The notes below the pieces were generated by a model. It searched no databases. It had not been told where the DNA came from and saw nothing but the letters and a program-made list of their open reading frames with translations. A program made the translations under genes and the position numbers. From positions 28,520,001 to 28,584,000 of the forward strand of contig NC_043017.1 of assembly GCF_006345805.1 (NCBI RefSeq): a stretch of DNA of 64,000 bases, read 5' to 3'. Below are positions 38,030-53,410 of the stretch, piece by piece (the stretch's first letter is position 1; the number at the start of each line of letters is the position of its first letter). This DNA comes from Octopus sinensis. Taxonomy: Eukaryota.

Positions 38030-40810
38030 ACATATACACATATATAGACATATACATATATATACACATATATAGACATATACATATATATACACATATA
38101 TAGACATATACATATATATACACATATATAGACATATACATATATATACACATATATAGACATATACATATATATACACATATATAGACATATACATATA
38201 TATACACATATATAGACATATACATATATATACACATATATAGACATATACATATATACACATATATAGACATATACATATATATACCATATATAGAATA
38301 TACATATATATGCACATATATAGACATATTACATATAATTACACATATATAGACATATACATATATATACCATTATATATATACATATATATATATATAC
38401 ACATTACACACATATAATATATATATCACACAATACACACATATATATATATAACAACATATACACACACATATAGATTATATACACATATATATATTAT
38501 ATACACACATATATATAATATACACACATATATATACACATATATAAGACACATTATATATACCATTATATATACACATATATAATACACATATATATAT
38601 ACCACCTATATAATATACACATATATATATATAACATATATATATATATATACACATATATATATATATTACACATATATATATATACATATATATATAT
38701 ATACACATATATATCACACATATATATTATATATATATATATACATACACTATATATACACACATATATATATACACATATATATATATAATACACACAA
38801 TATATATATACACACATATATATATATACACACATATATATATATAACACACATATATATATACACACCACATATATATATCACACACAAATATTATATA
38901 CACACACACTTATATATAATATACCACACCATATAATATATACACACACATATAGATATATACACAATATATATATATATACCCAATATATATATATAAC
39001 ACATATATATATACACACATATATATATATATATAACACATATATATATATACACACACATATATATAATACACACATATATATATATATAACACACATA
39101 TATATATATACACACACACATATATATATATATACACATATATATATATAGATATATATATACACACACATATATATATAACACACTATATATATACACA
39201 CACATATATATATATATACACACATATAATATATATATACAAACACACATATATATATACACACCACATATATATATATACCACACACCACATATATACA
39301 TATACACATATATACTATACACATTATATACATATACAATATATATACATATATATCCATATATATACACATATATAACATACAATACACATATATATAA
39401 TATACACATATATATACATATATACAAATACACAATATATACATATATAATATCACATATATATGACATATACAATATATACACAAAAGACATATACATC
39501 ATATACAATATATAGACATACATATATATACACATATATAGACATCTACTCATATGTATATACACATATTATAGACATATACATATAATACACATATATG
39601 ACATATACATATATTACACATATATAGACATATACATATATATACAATATAATATATACTACATATATATATATAAATAGCACAGAATTATATACACACA
39701 TAATATATATATACACACAATATACAAATATATATATATACACGACATATAAACACATATAGCATATATATACACACATATAGTATATATATATTAACAC
39801 ACATATTATATACACATATATATATACACATATATATATACACATAATATTACAACATATAGATATACACAATATAATATATACACACACATAGATATAC
39901 ACATATATATATATATATACCACCATATATATACACACATATATATAAATATATATATATATAACACACATATATAATATACACACATATATATAATACG
40001 GTTACACACAATATATATATATATACACAACATATATATATTACACAAACATATATATATATATACACAACAGAAATATTATATCCACACATATATATAG
40101 AAGATATATACACATCACACATATATATATATATACACACACATATATTAGATCACCACCATATATATACACACATAGACATATATATATCCACACATAT
40201 ATATATATATACACACATATATAATATACACACATATATAGTATAGTACACACATAGTATATATATACACACACATATATATATATCACACATATATATA
40301 ATATACACACACATATATATATATACACACACAATATTATATAAGACACATATATATATATAGACTATATATATATAACACACATTATATAATACACACA
40401 TTATATATATACCACACACAATAATGAATATATATACACACACATATATATATATATACACACACAATTATATTATCACACACATATATATATATATACA
40501 CACACATATATTATACACATACACATATATAATATACACATCTATAATCTATAACACTTACACATATATATACATATACACATATATATACACATATATA
40601 TACATATACACAACTATATATACATATACACATATATATACATATATACATATACACATATATATACAATATATCAATATACACATATAAATATACATAC
40701 TTATAACAATATATATACAATATATCATATATATGACATATATATATATATATAACATATACTATATATATATAATAATACATATACACTATATATATAT
40801 ATGTATACAT
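38030..40810. repeat. 28-bp minisatellite (CACATATATAGACATATACATATATATA)n decaying into a noisy TA/CA tract
   Basis: Clean period 28 from about 38030 to 38285, irregular afterwards. Confidence 0.85.
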
Positions 40811-41601
40811 CTAACACACCATATATATATATACACATACATATATATGCGTATACACACACACACACTCTCACAGATATATATTTATGTGTGTGTTTGT
40901 GTTCTGCAGAAATGCACCTAAGCACCTGCCTACACGGAATCATGTAGATATATATATATATATATATAATATATAATATATATATAATATATATACATAT
41001 ATATATACATATATATATGTATATTTCCAAGTAGTGTTTCTTTTATTTTTACTGACGCCATTCTGCTTTCACAATTTCCTAACATTTATTTTGCAGTGAA
41101 AATAATGGAATTAATAGACACCCTTAATCATTTCGTACTGAGAAGATTCAACGAAAAATCGAATATTAGGAATTTATATATTTTCAGCAAGAGAAATAAA
41201 ATAATCAAATTAATTCAATATACACAGGTTATTATACGACGTACTTTGCTCAACACCATTTTGTTTCCTTCACTAAGGGGGTGGAAAAAAGCATAATAGA
41301 GAATATCCTTTTCAATGAAATGAAAGAATGTATACAATTTTACGTTCACATACATATACATACATACACACATACTCATATATATATATATTATATATAT
41401 ATGTAATATATTATATATGAATAACAAGTAAAAAGTTTGCTATAGGAATGTATTACATAAAATTTTATATTAAACACTATGTTTTTGATATGATGAATAT
41501 TTATTAGAAACATATATTTTTGCACCACTCCCCACCGAAGTTTCATCTATTCTGCTTGAACTTATTTTTTCTGACGCATTCATATATATACATACGTACA
41601 T

Positions 41602-41636
<35 letters not shown>

Positions 41637-41735
41637 CATACAATGCCTTTTATTATTTTTTATTCCTACCACGTGTAGTTTCTATTTTCTTTTTTTAACA
41701 TATTTCTATTGTGTGTGTATATTATATATATATAT

Positions 41736-42034
41736 CACCGTGATCACCGTGAACGACCAGGCTATCAGATGTTGCTACACATCGCTGGTCACAATGCGCT
41801 TCGCATTGTTTTAGCCTTCAAATGACGCCACCCCATTGGCTAAGCGAGCAGGCCAACAGAAGAAAGAGTGAGAGAAAGTTTTGGCGAAAGAGTTCAGCTG
41901 GGATCGCCACCACCCCCTGCAGGAGTCTCGTGGAGCTTTAGGAGTTTTCGCTCAATAAACACTCACATCGCCCGGTCTGAGAAACGAAACCGCGATCCTA
42001 CGACCGCGAGTCCTCTGCCCTATCTACTGGGCCA
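41736..42034 (-). mobile_element. OR2-like SINE
   Basis: Reverse-complement homolog of 21694-21999. Confidence 0.85.
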
Positions 42035-43072
42035 TATATATAATTTTCTTATGGTTTCTTAAACATTCTCTAGAACAATACTATGTACAAAACCAAATAT
42101 ATGGCACCCTAGGCATAACACCAACTTCACCCTAGGCATAGCTTCACGTTAAAACTAATGGCCTCGTATCGAAATGTGAAACAATCTTTAAAGGCAATAT
42201 GGCACAATCTTTAGACATATTGGACAAAACTCTTAGTGGCTTTTCGTCCGTCATTGTATCTGAGTCGAAGGAAAATATACCCATCATGCATTGGGGTCGA
42301 TGTAATTCTCTAGCTACTCTCACTAAATTTCGGGACTTGGGAAATTATATATATGTACATACACATGTGTGTATGTGTATGGTGTGTGTGTGTGTGTGTA
42401 TGTGTGTGTGTGTGTGTATGTGTACGAGGATACGTGGTAATTTTCTGATACGTACTGGGGCCAAGAACTCGCTCCTTACCCGCAAATTTAATGCTATTCT
42501 TCCAATTTTAGCAATTTTTTATTATTATTAACGGAAATAATTATTATCATCATCATTATTATTATTATTATCATTATTATTATGATTAATATTATTATTA
42601 TTATTATCATTATTATTATGATTAATATTATTATTATTATTATTATCATTATTATTATTATTACCATTATTATTGTTGTTGTTGTTGTTGTGTTGTTGTT
42701 ATATTTGTGATGAATATCTTTATTGTTGCCATTGATTTTTGTCTTGGTAAAAATGTATTTCGTTCGTTCTCCAGATTAGATTTTTATCGAGTTTTGCAAT
42801 TATTGGATTACTATTTGCGTGTCTTATGGCACCAGAATATTACTCAATGAGGTGGGAATTTCCATTTATCTTTCTTCATTCTCATATTTAAGCAAAAAAT
42901 GACAGTTCGGAAATATTTCCTCCTCCTCTCCAAAGAAAATATTTCCCAAATATCTTTGTACTTTTTCAATTGGTTTTTATCCCCTCTATGGTCCAAAATT
43001 ATTTGTACAGACAATACAAGAAAACTTATAAATTTTATAACGGAAAGCATAAAGATCCGTACACCAATTACC

Positions 43073-44034
43073 TATTTCTTTACTACCCACAAGGGGCTAA
43101 ACACTGAGAGGACAAACAAGGACAGACACACGGATTAAGTCGGTTATATCGACCCCAGTACGTAACTGGTACTTATTTAATCGACCCCGAAAGGATGAAA
43201 GGCAAAGTTGACCTCGGTGGATTTTGAACTACACACTGAGAGGACAAACAAGGACAGACACACGGATTAAGTCGCTTAGATCTACCCCAGTGCGTAACTG
43301 GTACTCATTTAATCGACCCCGAAAGGATGAAAGGCAAAGTCGACCTCGTCGGAATTTGAACTCAGAACGTGACGGCAGACGAAATACCTAATTCTTTACT
43401 AGCCACAAGGGGCTAAACACAGAGAAGACAAACAAGGACAAGCAAACGGATTAGGTAGATTATATCGACCCCAGTGCGTAACTGGTACTTATTTAATCGA
43501 CCCCGAAAAGATGAAAGCAAAGTCGACCTCGGTGGAATTTGAACTCAGAACGTGACGGCAGACGAAATACCTAATTCTTTACTAGCCACAAGGGGCTAAA
43601 CACAGAGAAGACAAACAAGGACAAGCAAACGGATTAGGTAGATTATATCGACCCCAGTGCGTAACTGGTACTCATTTAATCGACCCCGAAAGGATGAAAG
43701 GCAAAGTCGACCTCGTCGGAATTTGAACTCAGAACGTGACGGCAGACGAAATACCTAATTCTTTACTAGCCACAAGGGGCTAAACACAGAGAAGACAAAC
43801 AAGGACAAGCAAACGGATTAGGTAGATTATATCGACCCCAGTGCGTAACTGGTACTCTATTTAATCGACCCCGAAAGGATGAAGGCAAAGTCGACCTCGT
43901 CGGAATTTGAACTCAGAACGTAACGGCAGACGAAATACCTATTCCTTTACTACACACAAGGGGCTAAACACTGAGAGGACAAACATGGACAGACAAACGG
44001 ATTAAGTCAGTTATATCGACACCAGGGCGTAACT
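43073..44034 (-). mobile_element. Headless tandem array of Nin-domain SINE, about 5.5 units of ~184 bp
   Basis: Repeated junction GACGAAATACCTA(T/A)T; 15-bp TSD CGTACACCAATTACC / CATACAACAATTACC. Confidence 0.9.
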
Positions 44035-44449
44035 CATACAACAATTACCATGACACCAAGTACAAGTATAGCACATTATTTCACACACGAAAGTAAGTCT
44101 TGCCTCAGTGAGGAATGTACTTGACTATTTTTCTAGTTTTTCATTCGTTAACTAAGTCCTTTCTCCTAAATCGAGTCATGGCACCTTATTATTTTGATGG
44201 AAACCTTCTTCGTGTATTGACATCCAGTGTCATTGAATTTCTTCTTTGTGGCGATGAATCTTTGAGTCCTATATTAAACTTTGTTCTTTGATTAATGCTT
44301 CCGTGAAGCATTTTACATTTTTATTTAGATATCTTGTTCTGGAATTGCATTCACGTTTTCTGGAGCGTTCCATTCCTTAGCATAACGTTTTTGCTTCCTA
44401 TTCACGTACTTGGACACACACACTCACACACACAGAAGCACGCGCGCGC

Positions 44450-44491
44450 GCATATATATATATATATGCATATATTATATGTATGTATATA

Positions 44492-44530
<39 letters not shown>

Positions 44531-44739
44531 ATATATATGTATATATATATGAATATATGTATATATATATGAATATATGTATATATGAATATATATATAT
44601 GTATGTAAATATATATGCATATATTTATATGTATGTATATATATGCATATTGTTATATTTCGGAATGGTTATATAAATATTTAAACGTATATATGCATAT
44701 ATTTATATATATGTATGTATATATATATATGCATATATT

Positions 44740-44770
<31 letters not shown>

Positions 44771-44789
44771 GCATATATTTATATGTAAG

Positions 44790-44825
<36 letters not shown>

Positions 44826-44845
44826 TATATTTATATGTATGTATG

Positions 44846-44880
<35 letters not shown>

Positions 44881-44897
44881 ATATATTTATATGTAAG

Positions 44898-44935
<38 letters not shown>

Positions 44936-44951
44936 TATATTTATATGTAAG

Positions 44952-44990
<39 letters not shown>
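44450..44990. repeat. (TA)n-based minisatellite (GCATATATTTATATGTAAGTATG(TA)n)
   Basis: Direct reading. Confidence 0.9.
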
Positions 44991-44993
<3 letters not shown>

Positions 44994-45559
44994 ATTTTCC
45001 TCGGTTCTTTGCTCTTTTTCATGTATGTTTTCTGTTCTTCAATGTGAGAAATATCTTATCATTTTCTTCAGTTGCAGTATATTTTCTTTTCATATATGTG
45101 ATAAAAAAATTTCCCTTTCTTATCCTTTACTTATTAATGTCAATCATACCTGCTGATGCTTGAACGTTCCAAATAGGTGAGCACACCATGAACATTTGAT
45201 CTCAAATCTTTTCTGGATCGATGTACGGTAAATACCACACACCCCTACTACCACTCATGTGAAAGAGGCCTTTCATTGAAGAGGTTGACAAGTTTACATT
45301 TCTCTATAGAAGCATCTTATTTATTAGTCCATCCATATTTCATATAAAAATGTGGTAAATCTGACAGATTCGTTACAGCGTCGGACAAAATGCTTTGCCG
45401 CACCCTTAGGGTATAATGCATCCCCAGTTTAAAACATCCGGGGTCAACATTGCTTTTCATCTGTTGGGAGTCAATAATAATAAAGTACCAGTCAAGTACA
45501 GGGGACAGTATGATTGGCAATGGCAGGCGTTGTGCCATAACCGGAAAAATTAAAACTAT

Positions 45560-45725
45560 AGGCGCAGGAGTGGCTGTGTGGTTAGTAACTTGTTTACCAA
45601 CCACATGGTTCCGGGTTCAGTCCCGCTGCGTGGCACCTTGGGCAAGTGTCTTCTACTATAGCCTCGGGCCGACCAGAGCCTTGTGAGTGGATTTGTTAGA
45701 CGGTAACTGAAAGAAGCCCGTCGTA

Positions 45726-45781
<56 letters not shown>

Positions 45782-45990
45782 TGCGTGTGTGTGTTTGTGT
45801 GTCTGTGTTTGTCCCCTTAGCATTGCTTGACAACCGATGCTGGTGTGTTTATGCCCACGTTACTTAGCGGTTCGGCAAAAGAGACCGATAGAATAAGTAC
45901 TGGGCTTACAAAAGAATAAGTCCCGGGGTCGAGTTGCTCGATTAAAGGCGGTGCTCCAGCATGGCCGCAGTAAAATAACTGAAACAAGAA
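45560..45990 (+). mobile_element. CORE-like SINE, full length
   Basis: Homologous to 11827-12275. Confidence 0.9.
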
Positions 45991-46479
45991 GATAATAGAA
46001 GACACTTACCCAAGGTGCCACAGAGTGGGACTGAACCTAGAACCGTGTGGTTGGGAAAGAATCTTCTTACCACACAGCCAGGCCTGTGCATATTCTTCTA
46101 TATAATGGATTTTTTATTCCTTGAGATTATTTCAGGTGTATTATTTACCATTTCTTATCCCTTGAAATCTACTCCCGTTGATTTATTTCGGTCATTAGAT
46201 ACCGGCCATGCTGGAGTACCAGTTTCAAATTTTTTTGGGGGAACAAATTTTCCACAATTATTTTTTAGAGTTTCACGCTTGTTCTATCATTTTGTTTTAC
46301 CGAACTGATAAACGCATACTCACAAGCACACACACACACTTACATAGAAACACAATTATATGCACACACGCATATCCACAAACATACACACACACGTGCA
46401 CAGAAGCACATACATAACTAAAAGTCCACGCGCTCAAAAATGACAGAGAGGAAACAAACCAATACCTAATGCAGATCGG

Positions 46480-47135
46480 TGTGGAGACAGACACACACAC
46501 ACACAAACACAAATACACACACACCCATACCCACAAACACAGAAGCAAATACGCGCGCAGACAAAACACCCCAAAACACACAGGCACACCCCAAAAGCAC
46601 AAACATAGATACACACTCAAACAGTGAACACACAAACACACACACATACGCAAACACACATACACACAGCAGCACACATACAAACGCACACACACAAACA
46701 CAAATACATATAGGCGCATACCTACAACCACACACATGCACATACACAAGCATATACGCAAACACAAATTCAAACAAACAAACACACTCACAGACGGACA
46801 CAAACACATACAGAATATACACATGAGCACACACACACACACACAAACATACGCACATACGCATATTCACACCCGCACATAAACACACACACACACGCTT
46901 ACACACAAAGACATACAGAAATTCAAACACGCACAACCACATAAAGAATATACATACGAGCACACACACACAAACATCCGCACATACGCATATTCACATC
47001 CGCGCACAAACACACACGCTTACATACAGAAATTCAAACACGCACAACCACATAAAGAATATACATACGAGCACACACACACAAACATCCGCACATACGC
47101 ATATTTACACCCGCAGACACACACACACACACTCA
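46480..47135. repeat. CA-rich low-complexity tract with ~115-bp tandem duplications
   Basis: AGAAATTCAAACACGCACAACCACATAAAGAATATACATACGAGC repeated. Confidence 0.8.
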
Positions 47136-47171
47136 TATTTCATTGGCCAGTCCGGGCCTGTAGTAGAAGAT

Positions 47172-47832
47172 ACATGGACACATTGAAACTCCGACGTCTG
47201 GCAGCTGACTTGGCAGACACCCATAAAATTATCAACCATCTTACAAACAATAACTCTGAGCACCTTTTCAAACTCCACCCATCTAACACCCGTGGACATA
47301 TTTACAAAGTCAGAAAACAGCACAGCTCCCATGATTTCAGGAAACATTTTTTAACGCTGAGAGTTGCTGAAGCATGGAACAAACTGCCGGCATCAGTTGT
47401 TAGTTGTCAAGGCGGCGAGCTAGCAGTAACGTTAGCACGCCGGGCGAAATGCGTAACCGCATTTCGTCTGCTGTTACGTTCTGAGTTCAAATTCCGCCGA
47501 GGTTGACTTTGCCTTTCATCCTTTCGGAGTCGATTAAATAAGTACCAGTTACGCACTGGGATCGATATAATCGACATAACCCGTTTGTCTGTCCTTGTTT
47601 GTCCCTTGTGGGTAGTAAAGAAATAGGCATCAGTTGTTAGTTGTCGGAGCACTGCATCCTTCAAAACTTCCATGCTTTCTGAGATTCGCCAACACTACAC
47701 CTGATTTTCTCCCCTACATACACACGCAAGTATGTATCTGACTCATGCATTGTTCGCTTTCTAGACATTTGTACATTACTGCATATACTCTGACAAGTTG
47801 TGGTGCACCTGAGCACTGTATACAATAATTTC
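47172..47832 (+). mobile_element. CR1-like LINE 3' fragment interrupted by a SINE
   Basis: Near-identical to 56272-56730 apart from the insertion. Confidence 0.9.
47409..47626 (+). mobile_element. Nin-domain SINE monomer inserted in the LINE
   Basis: 20-bp TSD GGCATCAGTTGTTAGTTGTC; empty site present in the LINE copy near 56487. Confidence 0.95.
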
Positions 47833-48713
47833 ATCATTATTATATTATTATTATACTTGGCCAAGTAACCTCTCAGGATGGGAACAACTCGGTTGCAAAT
47901 CATGCTTCCTAACCACTGGATAATAATACAAGCGTAACATTCAACACATCTAATTACCGACCCTGATACGCCTCGAAATGCACTGGCTTCATAGATTCGA
48001 CAGAATTGGAAGAAAAACCGTGGTTAATTACTTCTTTCCCAATTGCAGTTCTCTTGTTTCTTTCGTATATACGTGTATTGCTTTCTAATGAGAATGATAA
48101 AAGTCTATGCAATGATCACGAATCTTTCTCGATCTCAGATTTGCGCTGTCTATTTCTATTCCGTTCAGGGACTTTTTTATATTTATTTATGTATTGATCC
48201 TATAAAGAGCTTTTCCTTGTAATCACTTTATCCTGGAGAATTTCGTTTTTCAGACTTTATCGCTTTCACAATGTTTCATCTTGTTACACTATTTAGTCAA
48301 TAAATATACGCTATTTCAACTGGTGAAATATATTTTTTGCTTTCCTTGAAACCTAATCAGCGCTTTGTTTTCGTCTTTTATGTAATGCTATTAGCTACCT
48401 CATGCTTTTTTACTAGATATTTTCAGTGGTTATTTCATGAGAGTTTTCTACTTAAGAAAATGCTTTATCTCTTTATATGCTTCTTAAGCATAATCTCACT
48501 TTGTCTGAGATTTTGTAGCGCATTCTAAATGCACTATATGCTTTTTTTTTATAATCCTGCTAATTAATTTAGTGTTTAATTGAGATTATCATAACTTATT
48601 AATCATGTACATCACGGATGCCCATTAACTTTTATTTTATTTTAGCACTGGTGCATTCATTTGCATTCGAACATAATTTGAGATTGGTTAAGTGACAGTG
48701 CCATTATGAGCCC

Positions 48714-49122
48714 TCTCTCTTTTACTCTTTTATCTCTCTTTTACTTGTTTCAGTCATTTGACTGCGGCCATGCTGGAGCACCGCCTTTAATCGAGCAACT
48801 CGACCCAGGGACTTATTCTTTGTAAGCCCAGTACTTATTCTATCGGTCTCTTTTGCCGAACCGCTAGTGACAGGGACATAAACACACCAGCATCTGTTGT
48901 CAAGCAAGGGGACAAACACAGACACACAAACATACACGCACACATATATATACATATATACGACAGGCTTCTTTCAGTTTCCGTCTACCAAATCCACTCA
49001 CAAGGCTTTATTCGGCCGAGGCTATAGTAGAAGACACTTGCCCAAGGTGCCACGCAGTGGGACTGAACCCGGAACCGTGTGGTTGGTAAGCAAGCTACTT
49101 ACCACACATCCACTCCTGCGCC
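48714..49122 (-). mobile_element. CORE-like SINE
   Basis: Homologous to 11827-12275. Confidence 0.9.
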
Positions 49123-49357
49123 CTGATCCATTCTAACAAAAAAAATCATGAAGTGAATAACGAATATATAGTGCGTGTGGGTATTTGAGAAAGTAAAACA
49201 TATGACCGTCCCGAAATATAACAATAAAATTTGTATTTCAACTACTTTATTTTCGTGCACATACGTGTACAGGAAAGTGTATTTATAATTTTATATACAT
49301 ATATGCTAGTGCATATATGTGCACATTTTTTTATACTCCTGTATGCTTTATAATACA

Positions 49358-49733
49358 CTAGCAGTATCACTTGGCGTTGCTCGGGGTTGTAAGGGAAATA
49401 ACTATATAAGCATTTTTAGAGATGTAAAGTATAATAGCCATCTCAAAATGGCTAACCACAAAGGTGGGTGTTACTGTAGCTTTTTATGTTCTGAGATTTT
49501 AGAGAGTTACTTTCCTTATATAAACCGAGCGAAAATGCGGAAAAAGTATGGTAAATTTCTTTTTTAAATCGTAGACTCATCGTAGACGCGCGCTAATACC
49601 CAGAAGGGCTCGATATTAATCACGACTATAAGATACCCGCTTTTGGTTAAACTGCACCGCAAAATGTGGGAGTAGTTAGGAATCTAAATCGTAGGAGACA
49701 GACACCACACAACCTCACTTTTATATATATAGA
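49358..49733 (-). mobile_element. Non-autonomous Helitron (H1)
   Basis: Reverse-complement homolog of 15277-15669. Confidence 0.85.
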
Positions 49734-50374
49734 TGTCGCCCCCTTGTGTACCCACTCGTTATACTAACGTTTGCTTGAAGATTTCTTTGACGAGAGTGTG
49801 TTCCATTGCGACCAATATGCTGATGACTGTATCTGCAAGAAACATTTGTTACTAATTTCCTTTTCTCTTTTACTTTCTTCTCTATAATATTACTCTTTCC
49901 TTCTTTTCAATACATACCTGATACAATTTCTCCGTTAAATCCTTATGCAGGATATCACATGAGATTGCTGATTCTCCAATAACAAGATATGATTCCGACC
50001 CGAAGCCTGTATAATTTGTCAGTTAAATGTATTAGCGTTGAACAGAAAGGAGAGGACAGATAGTCTCATTTGAATATCATTCCTGAAATTGCGATTGAGT
50101 TTATAATTTGTATCTTTAGTGAAAAATTAACAGAATAAGATACCACAGATGCTCAGATCAGTAATCTTGAAGACAGCAATAGCAATAAGAATATGAAGAA
50201 CAATAACAGCACTTGCACAATTTCAAATACTGCGATCCGGTCACTCTTCGTCTCTCTAACGTCAATCTTTCTTTAAATACAAAATAAACATACAGAACTT
50301 TGATATTATTTACAGTTACAACCAATCAAAAGTAGGGGGAATAATTTCAATAAAAAGAACAATATTTATTGTTA

Positions 50375-50760
50375 TGGAAGCACTCCGTCGGTTACGACGA
50401 CGAGGGTTCCGGTTGATCCGAATCAACAGAACAGCCTGCTCGTGAAATTAACGTGTAAGTGGCTGAGCACTCCACAGACACGTATTCCCTTAACGTAGTT
50501 CTCGGGGATATTCAGCGTGACACAAGAGAGTAACAAGGCCGGCCCTTTGAAATACAGGTACAACATAAACAGGAAGTAAGAGTGAGAGAAAGTTGTGGTA
50601 AAAGAGTACAGCAGGGATCACCACCATCCCTTGCCGGAGCGTCGTGGAGTTTTAGGTGTTTTCGCTCAATAAACACTCACAACGCTCGGTCTGGGAATTG
50701 AAACCACAATCCTATGACCTCGAGTCCGCTGCCCTAACCACTGGGCCATTGCGCCTCCAC
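50375..50760 (-). mobile_element. OR1-like SINE
   Basis: Homologous to 2681-3065; TSD TTATTGTTAT. Confidence 0.9.
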
Positions 50761-51239
50761 CTTATTGTTATAGCAAGTAATGAAGAAGGGCAAGGAGAAA
50801 AATAATATATCTCTGCAAATAACACAAGGCCGGCAAAAATCTTCCACACCTAAGTTAGTGCAGCAGACTTTCCAGGGAATATTTGCAGGAGTTATGTGAA
50901 TTAGCAAAGGTAAAACCGACAGTATTATTTGCTGAAGATGTAGCGAAAAGACAGGCTGTAATTGTCACTCATAGTTCTTACAGTGCAAACAGTATATGGG
51001 CCAAGGGAACGCATCAGAAGCTACACACATTCATCGTTAGTTGCGAATTTTCTATCGCAATATAGACGAGGGATCAAAGCAAGGCTAATGAATTTATAGA
51101 TGTTGAAAGGAATGTGGAAGTCCAAATGACCACCAAAGGCCACAGAACCACCTCAGTATTGTGTGTAGTAGAAGTTTCCGAGAATAAGTCCTTGGGATTA
51201 CTCTTTAATTGTAGTTTTACCTGTTTCATATATATCTTA

Positions 51240-51578
51240 GTGAAGGCGCATAGCTCAGTGGTTAGAGCGTCGAGCTTACGATCGTGAGGTTGTGAGCTCG
51301 AATCCCGGACCGGGCTGCGTGTTGTGTTCTTGAGCAAGACACTTTATTTCACGTTGCTCCAGTTCACTCAGCTGTAGGAATGAGTTGCGACGTCACGAGT
51401 GCCAAGCTGTATCGGACTTTGCCTTTCCCTTGGATAACACTGGTGGCCTGGAGAGGGGAGGCTGGTATGCATGGGCGACTGCTGGTCTTCCGTAAACAAC
51501 CATGCCCAGACTTGTGACTAGGAGGGTAACTTTCTAGGTGCAATCCCATGGTCAGTGTCGTGACCGAATGGGGTCCCG
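51240..51578 (+). mobile_element. tRNA-derived SINE with Meta-like core
   Basis: A box TAGCTCAGTGG, B box GAGCTCGAATCCC, then TTGTGTTCTTGAGCAAGACACTTTATTTCACGTTGCTCCAGTTCACTCAGCTGTA. Confidence 0.8.
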
Positions 51579-52556
51579 GATCCCCCGGATATACCTTAGA
51601 TCTGGATGGTCTGAAGAACTGGAAGGGTTAAGCAGTGAAATAGGAAATGGTTAATGATGGATAACAAAAACAGCAGGAAAGAGAAAAAAAAAACTCCTTT
51701 AGAAATAATCAAAATTGAAATTCTGCCGATGGCAGATGAAACACTTTTATGCACGTTACAGAAAGAATGAGCAACCAACACGTCCCCTAGCAATGCCGAC
51801 GCGTAGTTTGATTTGATGTGAGAAAAAAATCATAACCACAAGTAAAAACAATCACACGCAGTCGTTGAAAATATTATAGAAAGAGAGAAAAATCAAAGAA
51901 AAACAAATAATATAAAACAGTAAAAATATGTGAAGAGGAACAATTTTTTCCAGATGATAACGAAAGCCATTCTCAGAGAAATAAGAAAAAAATAAGAAGA
52001 GAGTATTAACTGAGTTTCGCTGTTTTTTGAAAAGTAATCAAACGGTTAATTGAAAAAATTACGCAATTACGGTGCCATCCAGTTTTAAAAGACGCTACAG
52101 TGATAATAAAATAGTTAGGGTCAGTTTACAAACGACATGTAAAAGACAAATTTCTTAGTATTATCTAAACAAAAATTTCACGAAGAACTTAAAGGGCAAT
52201 GCCTCTAAATGTTTGCCCTTTGCAACGCAAGATTCCTAAAAAAATGATTACTGGTTCAAATGATGTCTTACATTAGGTTCAGACCAGACATGTTTTGAGT
52301 AACGGTAGAATTGACCCCAGTATAATGTGTGCATGAGAGAAAATATAGTTTTGTGAAAAATAAAAGTAGGGGAAGAATCATTTTGATGCAAAAAAAAAGA
52401 GGAAGAATATGAGATATGGGGAGGAAAACGGAAAAGGACAATTATGATTTGATAAATATAATTGTTGATGATGATAATTGCAGCGCTAACACGACGACTA
52501 TGATGAAGATGACGGATGCTGAAAGCTTTGAAGACTGCGACGAAGGTGACAGATAA

Positions 52557-52765
52557 TAATGATGATGATGATGATGACGATTATGATGATGACGATGACG
52601 ATGATGGTGGTGGTGGTGGTGGTGATGATGATGACGATTAAGACGATGATGATGACGATTATGGTGGTAGTGGTGGTGATGATGACGACGATGATAACGA
52701 CGACGATGATGACGATGGTGGTGGTGATGATGATGATGATGACGATGATGATGGTGGTGGTGATG

Positions 52766-52797
<32 letters not shown>

Positions 52798-52918
52798 GAC
52801 GATGACGATGGTGATGGTGATGATGATGATGACGATGATGATGGTGGTGGGTGATGATGATGATGACGATGACGGTGATGATGGTGGCGGTGATGACGAT
52901 GATGATAATGATGATGAA
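52557..52918. repeat. (GAT/GAC/GGT)n trinucleotide repeat
   Basis: Direct reading. Confidence 0.95.
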
Positions 52919-53410
52919 GTTAATGCTAGTTCTGCGTGATGCCCAGATTGGAAACGTTTATGAGCCTGGCAATAATATAAGCAGACTGGTAAATATTAAC
53001 CTAACAAAGTTCATATTGGAGTTATTGTCATCAGGTAATTACTTTACTTCACTTAAAACTTTGAATATGTGATGATATAGAATGTGAAGAAGAAAATAAA
53101 TCGACACAGTACGTGCAGTATTAATGGTTCGAATCGCTTCATTTGACCCTTGTGTTTTCATTTATTTTGTCAAGGGATTTAAACATATGACTTTGACTTA
53201 TTTATGCTTGCTAATTGTGATTAATCGCAATGCTCATTTGATTTGAAAGATTATAACACCTCAGGTTAAAAGTATAAAACTAGTCAATGCTGCTTACTAA
53301 GATAGCCAAAATATAATTTGGTTAGTTTTCGTGCTTTATTCATTGTTTATGTTAAATTTGGTGTTAAGATGTTACTCCCGGAGATCGTAGTTCGAATAGA
53401 GCAAAACATT

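Noticed and set aside
38290-40810. Apparently complex TA/CA sequence as a coded pattern
   Set aside because: Looks like a noisy or unpolished version of the adjacent 28-bp minisatellite; probably read error or decay
49815-49856. CTGATGA..GAAACATTTGTT hammerhead-like spacing
   Set aside because: Stem I cannot form and stem II is weak; likely chance
50883-51065. Possible IS630/Tc1-type transposase relic or exon (ELCELAKVKP..)
   Set aside because: Resemblance too faint to support without an HMM search
52559-52939. Poly-Met/Asp ORF
   Set aside because: (GAT)n microsatellite
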